Shown: positions 1 through 6,790 of the stretch, in pieces
Numbering within the stretch: position 1 is the first letter of the stretch
How the letters are laid out: each line of letters begins with the position of its first letter
Virus record (IMG/VR): IMGVR_UViG_3300021963_000025
Location: 64,001 to 128,000 of that record
Source of the DNA: a virus
Lineage: Duplodnaviria > Heunggongvirae > Uroviricota > Caudoviricetes
DNA length: 64,000 nt
Reading direction: 5' to 3' (one strand)
Translations under genes and position numbers: made by a program
Notes under the pieces: model-generated
What the model was told of the DNA's origin: nothing
The model's input: the letters and a program-made list of their open reading frames with translations, nothing else
The model's database searches: none

Positions 1-270
1 GCACAGTCTAAAAACTTTTGGGGATTGTATGGTTATGGAATAACTTCTGATTTAATGCAGGAAGTAGTTGAAAGATACAATGCTGACTTTTCTATGGAAT
101 TAGACCGGTTTTTTGTAAAAGAGATTCAACCTCGAGGAAAATCATACGGAATTATACCACAGATTTTTGCAGCGGAAGACGGATATTCAGACAATAGTTT
201 GACAGTAGAACGTGGAATGATGGAACGTTCGGTAGACAGGAGATTTGGAAGTCTAACTGACTACTTATAA
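1..270 (+). CDS. Partial CDS (5' end outside window), possibly a glycosyltransferase family 25-like C-terminus
   Basis: Frame is open from base 1 to TAA at 270; YGIIPQIFAAEDGYSD resembles the GT25 C-terminal Y-x-x-P-x-l-x-x-x-x-g-x-SD pattern. Confidence 0.35.
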   Translation, partial: AQSKNFWGLYGYGITSDLMQEVVERYNADFSMELDRFFVKEIQPRGKSYGIIPQIFAAEDGYSDNSLTVERGMMERSVDRRFGSLTDYL

Positions 271-285
271 AATATTAATATAAAA

Positions 286-615
286 ATGGCAGAAGAGACG
301 GTAAATACAATAATACAAACACTTATTGCAGAATGGGGATGGACCATCGCAGTTGCAATGATTACTCTTGCCCTAAAAGATTCAGTTCTTAAACTATGGG
401 AAGGGTTAATGTTCCTATATGGAAATGATTTTAACATCGATGACATTGTTTGGATTAATGGAAACAAAAAAGCTAGAATTGTCCGTCAGGGAATATGGAA
501 AACCACATTTTATCTTTACGACCACAACCGAAAGTTCTTGGTACCTAACGATAGAATTTGGACACTTAATATTGAAAAAGAATTACCTAAAGACAGTCAA
601 CAAAACCTATTTTAA
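286..615 (+). CDS. Small MscS-like membrane protein (TM helix plus beta domain)
   Basis: N-terminal hydrophobic helix, then DDIVWING..ARIVRQGIWKTTF..RKFLVPNDRI matching the MscS middle-domain pattern. Confidence 0.5.
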   Translation: MAEETVNTIIQTLIAEWGWTIAVAMITLALKDSVLKLWEGLMFLYGNDFNIDDIVWINGNKKARIVRQGIWKTTFYLYDHNRKFLVPNDRIWTLNIEKELPKDSQQNLF

Positions 616-658
616 CAGATATATAAATTGGTACTAAAGCCTAAAATATCTTAATACA

Positions 659-826
659 ATGGAGTTTATCGAAGAAGAAGCCACTTTGATAGACATTTCA
701 AGGGTTAAAGGAAAGATTAATGGGGATCAAATTAATGAAGTAGTTCACCATGACTATGGATTAAATGATTTAGATTATTACGAATCAGAAGACTTGGTAA
801 TGTTTGGAGTTGGCGGTCCGGGTTAA
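659..826 (+). CDS. 55-aa acidic protein, absent from the ORF track (MEFIEEEATL...VMFGVGGPG)
   Basis: ATG 659 to TAA 826; GATATATA at 618-625 upstream and a terminator just downstream. Confidence 0.55.
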   Translation: MEFIEEEATLIDISRVKGKINGDQINEVVHHDYGLNDLDYYESEDLVMFGVGGPG

Positions 827-833
827 AAGAATT

Positions 834-860
834 AAGCGTACTTATGGTACGCTTTTTTAT
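834..860 (+). terminator. Rho-independent terminator
   Basis: aagcgtac-ttatg-gtacgctt followed by a T-tract. Confidence 0.8.
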
Positions 861-928
861 TTAAAAACATATCCTGAAGAAACTTTTTAATTAAGGGATA
901 TATAAATTATAAAAAAATAAATTAATTT

Positions 929-1426
929 ATGGTAAATCCAATCACTCTTAGTGATGCAGTAGTTAATGCTCTTAACGCCAGAATTGGTGACGAGTATACC
1001 GCACACTATTTTTACAATGCAGCATTTAATTGGTGCTCAGACAAAAACTACAAAAATGCAGCCGCTTTCTTTGCTGCAGAATCTATGGCTGAATTAGAGC
1101 ATGCCCAAAAACTACAAAAGTATTTAGTAGATTGGAATTGTACTCCAGTTTTACCATCTGTTGAATCAAATTTCAAATTCGCTACATTACCTGATATTGT
1201 TGAAAAAGCATATCAATTAGAATTAGACCTTTTTAACAAGTACGTTAAAGACTCGCAATCAATTTTTGCAATTGACTTAGCGACATTTGATTTCTTACAA
1301 GGTTACAGACAAATCCAAACGGATTCAGTCATTGAGTACTCTGACCTATTAGCAGCGTTGGAATTAATCAATGTTAATAATAAGTTAGACGTTCTTCATT
1401 TCGAAGAAATATATTTTAAAGCATAA
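929..1426 (+). CDS. ftnA: Ferritin (non-heme ferritin family)
   Basis: LNARIGDE..A..FY..A..W...AA.FF..ESMAELEHAQKL..YL ferroxidase helix pattern; 165 aa. Confidence 0.85.
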   Translation: MVNPITLSDAVVNALNARIGDEYTAHYFYNAAFNWCSDKNYKNAAAFFAAESMAELEHAQKLQKYLVDWNCTPVLPSVESNFKFATLPDIVEKAYQLELDLFNKYVKDSQSIFAIDLATFDFLQGYRQIQTDSVIEYSDLLAALELINVNNKLDVLHFEEIYFKA

Positions 1427-1448
1427 TCGAATAACATGGACCCCGATA

Positions 1449-1691
1449 GTGAAAATTATACCAAAAATAAAAATAACCAAATCGAATCTGGCAACATGGT
1501 GCATGATGTTAGCTCTATTTTTCAACCCTTTGGGGTTCGACGCCGTCCAATACTGGCTGATAGGGATGACTGGAAGTTTGTTACGAGCGAATTTCGCTTT
1601 GTATTGTATTGCGGGATCATTCTTTGGGCTCTCTATGGTTTTTCGAAGATTGTATAAAAGAGAAGAAAGAAGACGTAACGATAAATACTGA
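1449..1691 (+). CDS. Small two-TM membrane protein
   Basis: GTG start; LALFFNPLGFD...LTGS...LYCIAGSFF hydrophobic pattern. Confidence 0.6.
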   Translation: MKIIPKIKITKSNLATWCMMLALFFNPLGFDAVQYWLIGMTGSLLRANFALYCIAGSFFGLSMVFRRLYKREERRRNDKY

Positions 1692-1710
1692 AATTTTAAC
1701 AAAAATAATC

Positions 1711-1740
1711 AACCTGACATTTTACCGTGTCAGGTTTTTT
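1711..1740 (+). terminator. Terminator overlapping the next promoter
   Basis: aacctgaca-N8-tgtcaggtt followed by a T-tract. Confidence 0.7.
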
Positions 1741-1753
1741 GTTTATATTTACA
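1721..1753 (+). promoter_or_regulatory. Bacteroidota-type (early) promoter
   Basis: TTTA-N19-TATATTTACA. Confidence 0.75.
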
Positions 1754-1768
1754 CTATAATTAAACTAC

Positions 1769-2224
1769 ATGAAAAAAATACTTTATATTGACCTTGATGG
1801 CGTAATGGTAGACTTAGAGAGTCATGCAATCCGTAGACATGGACCAAAGGCAATTGAAAAACTTGGTATGTTAACATCAGTTGACAAAGAACTTTTTGAA
1901 GAACCAGAGCCGATGCCAGGTGCTATCGAAGCAGTTAAATACCTTTGGGATAAATTTGACATTTATTTCCTTACAACTGCCCCTTGGAGCAATGCAAACA
2001 GTTATTCATCTAAACGCAGATGGGTACAAAAGAACCTTGGCAAATATGCGCACAAGAGACTAATTATATCACATCGTAAAGACCTTTGTATTGGAGACTT
2101 CTTAATCGATGACCGTCCAAATAATGGTGCTTCCGAATTCCGTGGAGAATGGATTCAGTTTGGACAGCCAGGATTTGAGGGGTGGCCACAGATTATAAAC
2201 TATCTTGAAAATCTTGATATATAA
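1769..2224 (+). CDS. 5'(3')-deoxyribonucleotidase (NT5C family, HAD)
   Basis: YIDLDGVMVD, FLTTAPW, HRKDL..GDFLIDDR motifs. Confidence 0.9.
   Translation: MKKILYIDLDGVMVDLESHAIRRHGPKAIEKLGMLTSVDKELFEEPEPMPGAIEAVKYLWDKFDIYFLTTAPWSNANSYSSKRRWVQKNLGKYAHKRLIISHRKDLCIGDFLIDDRPNNGASEFRGEWIQFGQPGFEGWPQIINYLENLDI
2216..2223 (+). promoter_or_regulatory. Late-type promoter motif GATATATA ahead of leader array 1
   Basis: Recurrent GATA(T/A)ATA motif 25 nt before the ATG at 2248. Confidence 0.6.
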
Positions 2225-2247
2225 AACAAACATAATATATTAATACT

Positions 2248-2745
2248 ATGAAAAAAGTAAAACTATTTGAGGAATTTATCAATGAAGGAAAATCATTCCA
2301 ATTCTCTTTTGACTACAATACTGATGAAGATGATGTAGAATATATCCAAGACATTTTAATGAATGCTGGAGTAGATGCAATTGCAGAGCCTGGTACATTT
2401 GACGATGAAATGATAGTTAAAGCCCCAAATGCAGTTGAATTGCGTAAGGCTAAAAAAGCAATCCAGGCAGATGGATTTGAAATTAACGAATCGACACAAA
2501 TGCCTAAACCTATGAAAGGTTTAAAGTACGAAGTAGTTAAAGCAAAAGATTTAAAAATTGGTGACGAAATATCAGATGGACCAAAAGAAACTTGGGAAAT
2601 TTCTAAAGTTGTTTCTATTAATCCTGTTAAATTAGAAGTTGTTGAAACTATCGTTCCCGAAGATAATCCAAGATATAAAGCACCAGGAACTCTTATTAAC
2701 ATTGATTTTGGTCCATATGCAATGATGTTTAAAATAATCAGATAA
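2248..2745 (+). CDS. Leader-bearing putative virion internal protein, two modules
   Basis: MKKVKLFEEFINE leader; internal FEINE-S site. Confidence 0.75.
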   Translation: MKKVKLFEEFINEGKSFQFSFDYNTDEDDVEYIQDILMNAGVDAIAEPGTFDDEMIVKAPNAVELRKAKKAIQADGFEINESTQMPKPMKGLKYEVVKAKDLKIGDEISDGPKETWEISKVVSINPVKLEVVETIVPEDNPRYKAPGTLINIDFGPYAMMFKIIR

Positions 2746-2747
2746 TT

Positions 2748-3173
2748 ATGAAACATACTCAATTATTTAATGAGTTCTTAAATGAATCTCAGAACTTTAT
2801 CGGCGAATCCAGTATTGGAGACATTCATATTATGGCTCAAGAGGCAGATTCTTTCACTGCATTCCGAAAAGAATTCATGGACGAATATGGCAAACCAAAA
2901 TCAGTTAAAGAACTTAAAAGTTTAGAGGCTTGGTTGCAAGAAATTTGGAATGAAAACCAAACTAATGAAAGTGAATTACTTGAAGCTGAAAAGTTTCAAG
3001 CAATAGACATTCCTAAAAGTGCAGCTGCTGGTATAGAACGTATGATTAACACAATTGGAATTAATCAAGCTATTCGTGATGTATTAGGATTTGATAAAGT
3101 TTATCAGAGTTCTGTTGGTATTAACAAGAATAACATAGTTATAACTATTACACAAAAACCAAGAAAAGGATAA
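2748..3173 (+). CDS. Leader-bearing putative virion internal protein
   Basis: MKHTQLFNEFLNE leader; internal QTNE-SELLE-A. Confidence 0.75.
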   Translation: MKHTQLFNEFLNESQNFIGESSIGDIHIMAQEADSFTAFRKEFMDEYGKPKSVKELKSLEAWLQEIWNENQTNESELLEAEKFQAIDIPKSAAAGIERMINTIGINQAIRDVLGFDKVYQSSVGINKNNIVITITQKPRKG

Positions 3174-3451
3174 TGAAACACATTAAACTACACGGAGAAT
3201 TTATTAACGAGGCCAAATCTGAAGTATATCCAGAAGAGGTTCAAAATATAATTGATGGACTTATTGGTATTGGTATGAAAAAATATCAATTAGCAGCTCA
3301 TACTAACTATGGAGTTTGGTTTATTGAATTACCATTTACAGCAATACATATTGGTAATTTAAAGAAAATTGAAAAAATTATACCAGACTTCAACATTGGA
3401 ATCTGGAATGGTTATTCAGGACTATCAATTAGAACAAATATATCTGTATAA
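3173..3451 (+). CDS. Leader-bearing putative virion internal protein
   Basis: MKHIKLHGEFINE leader. Confidence 0.75.
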   Translation: MKHIKLHGEFINEAKSEVYPEEVQNIIDGLIGIGMKKYQLAAHTNYGVWFIELPFTAIHIGNLKKIEKIIPDFNIGIWNGYSGLSIRTNISV

Positions 3452-3885
3452 TGAAAAAGGTAAAACTATTTGAAGAATTTATCAGTGAAACATTATCGAT
3501 GGACGCTGTTTATATTCACCAAATCACTGGTTCAGGCCAGGACGCTGCACAGAACTTTATTGATGATAATAATATAGATTCGGCAAAATTAGTAGCATTT
3601 CTTAAACAACATAAAGACTCAAAAGAGAAATATGATGTTAGAGACATGATTAATGGCACTAATAAGAATAAAAGATTTATGAAGCAATTCATGAATGAGT
3701 CAATGAAGGCAAAAGACTACTTCAAAGACCCAATGCACCTCGCAGACGCTAAAGGATGGGTCATAAATCTTAAGCTATCTGATGATGAGATAAAAGCCAA
3801 GATAAAATCAGTAATGAAAGATCCGTCTAAATTTAATAACTTAATGGACGCAATGACTGACGAATTAAACCTAAAGTGGAAATAA
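3451..3885 (+). CDS. Leader-bearing putative virion internal protein, two modules
   Basis: MKKVKLFEEFISE leader; internal KQFMNE-S. Confidence 0.75.
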   Translation: MKKVKLFEEFISETLSMDAVYIHQITGSGQDAAQNFIDDNNIDSAKLVAFLKQHKDSKEKYDVRDMINGTNKNKRFMKQFMNESMKAKDYFKDPMHLADAKGWVINLKLSDDEIKAKIKSVMKDPSKFNNLMDAMTDELNLKWK

Positions 3886-3887
3886 TT

Positions 3888-4442
3888 ATGAAGCACATAA
3901 AACTATACGAAGAGTTTGTTAATGAACTTGAAATCCCGTCGAACCGTTGGATTGAGCTAGATTTAAAACAAATCGATGCAGCTGGTATGGAGAGTATATG
4001 GACTATGTACACTGATACGTATTTAGGTGCGGGTATGGACCTATCGGCAAATGATTGGCCCGAAATGCAGGCAAAGTACAAAGCAACTGCCCTAAAAGAC
4101 GTTGATGGTGACCATTTTGCGGATGCATTTATTATTTATAAGCCTACCAGATGGGGTAACAAAATCGCCCTATTAGGAACCAATGGTAAAAAAGAGGCAA
4201 AATCTGATGTGGTTAAAAAATTACTGCAATTGGTTAACACTAAAGGTTGGTTTATCGAAGCAAGTCTGAAAATGGAGGAAATCCTCTCTAAGTCAGGAGC
4301 TCCAGTTATAATGGATGAAGAAATGATTAAGGATGTAGTAGGAGCAGATAAAAAACCTGAATTTACAGGCGATGGATATTACACCCGATTCCTATCAAAG
4401 GCAGGTAAAAGAATAACAAAAAGAATATACGGTAAAATATGA
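3888..4442 (+). CDS. Leader-bearing putative virion internal protein (start corrected to 3888)
   Basis: MKHIKLYEEFVNE leader begins at ATG 3888. Confidence 0.75.
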   Translation: MKHIKLYEEFVNELEIPSNRWIELDLKQIDAAGMESIWTMYTDTYLGAGMDLSANDWPEMQAKYKATALKDVDGDHFADAFIIYKPTRWGNKIALLGTNGKKEAKSDVVKKLLQLVNTKGWFIEASLKMEEILSKSGAPVIMDEEMIKDVVGADKKPEFTGDGYYTRFLSKAGKRITKRIYGKI

Positions 4443-4693
4443 AAAAAGTAAAATTATTCGAGGAGTACATCCAAGAGGCGACTACTTCATGGAGCAAAAT
4501 GATGAAAGGTGTTAAAGACGGAGAAAGCGGACCTTGGACAATAGTTGCTATTGAAAACAATAAGGTTGTTGGACAAAAGAATATAGACATTAGAGACCTT
4601 TTACCTGCTGCATTCGAAGAAATGCGTAAAGAATTTCCAAGAGCCAAGTTTCATATTGAAGATAGTACAGGCGGAGTTGTTTGGAATATATAA
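4439..4693 (+). CDS. Leader-bearing putative virion internal protein
   Basis: MKKVKLFEEYIQE leader. Confidence 0.75.
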   Translation: MKKVKLFEEYIQEATTSWSKMMKGVKDGESGPWTIVAIENNKVVGQKNIDIRDLLPAAFEEMRKEFPRAKFHIEDSTGGVVWNI

Positions 4694-4699
4694 ATTGTT

Positions 4700-5125
4700 A
4701 TGGGAGTTATAATTAAAAATGCTATTAATAAAGAGGAACATGAAGCGCTACTTCGAGGAGATACTTCATTTGTTCATATAGCAGGAGAAACTAATCCAAC
4801 AATTTTAAAGATTATTGGAATTCTTAGAGAGCATTTTGATTTTGTAATTAAACCAGAATCATATTGGAGAATAGAACATACTCCTAATGGACATGATTGG
4901 CATATTGATACTGGAACAAATAACCACATGATGTGGTGCCAAGTTGGATGTTCAATATTGTTAACATCAACCAAAGAATTTGAAGGTGGTGAAACCTTTT
5001 ACAATAAAGAGGAACCTTACACAGTGGAACGAGACCTTTATGACATTGCAGCACATACATCGTCTGAATGGCACATGGTTAAACCACATACAGGAAATAG
5101 AGTAGTTCTGCTACTTTTTATTTAA
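4700..5125 (+). CDS. 2OG-Fe(II) oxygenase (P4H-like)
   Basis: WHID (H-x-D), FEGGETF, WHMVKP..GNRVVL motifs. Confidence 0.75.
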   Translation: MGVIIKNAINKEEHEALLRGDTSFVHIAGETNPTILKIIGILREHFDFVIKPESYWRIEHTPNGHDWHIDTGTNNHMMWCQVGCSILLTSTKEFEGGETFYNKEEPYTVERDLYDIAAHTSSEWHMVKPHTGNRVVLLLFI

Positions 5126-5139
5126 TAAAAAACAAAGAC

Positions 5140-5460
5140 ATGAAAAAAGTAAAATTATTTGAGCAGTTTGTCAATGAGGCAAAAGATGCTACTAGAGATG
5201 AATTAATGGACCTAATGGAAACCAAATACAAAATTAAATCTGTTAGACCTTCTGAAGATTTTGACGGTCAAACTGAAGGAATTTGGATTGCAGCTGATAA
5301 TGAGGAAGAGTTAAGTGGTAATAAAATATTTGACTACTACAATAAAAGTGCTAAATACAAAAATGGCGTACTTAAAAGTGTAGTAGATGCTGTAGAGAAA
5401 AAAGGTTGGTGGTTTTCATGGAACGACCCAGGAACAATGATGTGTTGGCCAAAAAATTAA
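5140..5460 (+). CDS. Leader-bearing putative virion internal protein
   Basis: MKKVKLFEQFVNE leader. Confidence 0.75.
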   Translation: MKKVKLFEQFVNEAKDATRDELMDLMETKYKIKSVRPSEDFDGQTEGIWIAADNEEELSGNKIFDYYNKSAKYKNGVLKSVVDAVEKKGWWFSWNDPGTMMCWPKN

Positions 5461-5466
5461 TAAGAT

Positions 5467-5808
5467 ATGAAAAAAGTAAAATTATTTGAAGAGTTCATTG
5501 ATGAATCTGCGACAGTTCTTCACCAACACGATTTCTTAGGAATGCAGGCTCAAGCCGCAAATATGTCTAGGGAGGAATGGATTGCTCACTACGGATCACC
5601 TGAAATTGGCTCTGGAATTGATGAATCAAAGAAAGGTATTTACACAGTCTATTTTGAAGACAGGGATGGAGAAATATGGGATTGGGACGTTCCAGCTAGT
5701 TCACCTGAAGAGGCAATTAAACTAGTACAGGACGGAAAGGCCCTAGGACCTTACGACCAAACACTTCCAAGAGGAGCCCGTAACTTTCACGCAAAGTTTT
5801 ATAAATAA
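5467..5808 (+). CDS. Leader-bearing putative virion internal protein, two modules
   Basis: MKKVKLFEEFIDE leader; internal GIDE-S. Confidence 0.75.
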   Translation: MKKVKLFEEFIDESATVLHQHDFLGMQAQAANMSREEWIAHYGSPEIGSGIDESKKGIYTVYFEDRDGEIWDWDVPASSPEEAIKLVQDGKALGPYDQTLPRGARNFHAKFYK

Positions 5809-5835
5809 CCCTACATACAACATAGTAAAACCCAC

Positions 5836-5883
5836 ATTGGGTCTTTTTAGTTTGATATATAATATAGACTAAAAAGACCCAAT
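5836..5883. promoter_or_regulatory. 16-bp inverted repeat with the late motif GATATATA in its loop
   Basis: attgggtctttttagt (5836-5851) pairs with actaaaaagacccaat (5868-5883); GATATATA at 5854-5861. Confidence 0.8.
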
Positions 5884-5891
5884 TGTTGTAA

Positions 5892-6275
5892 ATGAGCACA
5901 GAGAGAACCCCACAAGAGATGATTCTTGAACTATATGACCTGTTTTCTTCGTTTAAGAGACGAATCGAAGACCCTAATTATATTCAAATAGAGAACACCT
6001 TAGAAAAATTGGTGGAGAATCAAAATGAAATGAAAGAAGAGATTCGAGGATTGAAAAAACAACTCCTGAATCCTTTTGATGGTGTAATTGTGGAGAATAA
6101 AAAGAACACTGAATTTAGAGAGGAACAAGAGGCTTGGAGGGTTGAAAGGGATAAACTAATTGAAGAGCACAAACACTTAATGCGATGGAAAAACGGCGCT
6201 GTTAAGGTTCTAATTGCCCTATTAACCGCAAGTGGTGCAATAGTTACATTCTTTTTAACAAAATACTACCAATAA
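5892..6275 (+). CDS. Coiled-coil protein with a C-terminal TM helix
   Basis: Charged helical body; VLIALLTASGAIVTFFL C-terminus. Confidence 0.6.
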   Translation: MSTERTPQEMILELYDLFSSFKRRIEDPNYIQIENTLEKLVENQNEMKEEIRGLKKQLLNPFDGVIVENKKNTEFREEQEAWRVERDKLIEEHKHLMRWKNGAVKVLIALLTASGAIVTFFLTKYYQ

Positions 6276-6785
6276 ATGATACTTGATAGAATCACTCTTA
6301 ACGTTGCCTTAAAATACTTGGACCAAATTCAACAGAATGAGGGTCCTGTTTTCAATATACTTTTTTCATTAAAAGAACACCATAGCGATGTTACAAAGAC
6401 TGTTAAATTTGAAGACATTGATGTTCTACGAGCATTCATTGAAAGATGGGCAAAACCATCTGGATTTGAAAATTTAGATTGTAAGTCACTTAATCTTTTT
6501 GAGTTAAAATCATTTAGTTTTGATAAAAACAATACAGACAAGAATTTAGTCTATAATTCTGGACAGGAGTTTTTTACAAAGACCGCAAATGTTAATGGTA
6601 TTTCAATATTAAACTTGAATAAGGGATATTTGATTGACATGATAGAAATCAAAGAACTTTTTGATACATTTAAAATTGACGATTATATTCTACTACAGGA
6701 AAATTACATCGACTGCGGTTATATTGCACTACATTTTCAAAGTTCTGTAGAAAAACTAAAACAACTATACTATAAATATAAATAA
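6276..6785 (+). CDS. Hypothetical protein
   Basis: 169-aa ORF abutting the previous gene. Confidence 0.55.
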   Translation: MILDRITLNVALKYLDQIQQNEGPVFNILFSLKEHHSDVTKTVKFEDIDVLRAFIERWAKPSGFENLDCKSLNLFELKSFSFDKNNTDKNLVYNSGQEFFTKTANVNGISILNLNKGYLIDMIEIKELFDTFKIDDYILLQENYIDCGYIALHFQSSVEKLKQLYYKYK

Positions 6786-6790
6786 AAAAC

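Noticed and set aside
1436-1657. Alternative-frame ORF 1436-1657
   Set aside because: Overlaps the 1449-1691 membrane protein, which has the coherent hydrophobic pattern
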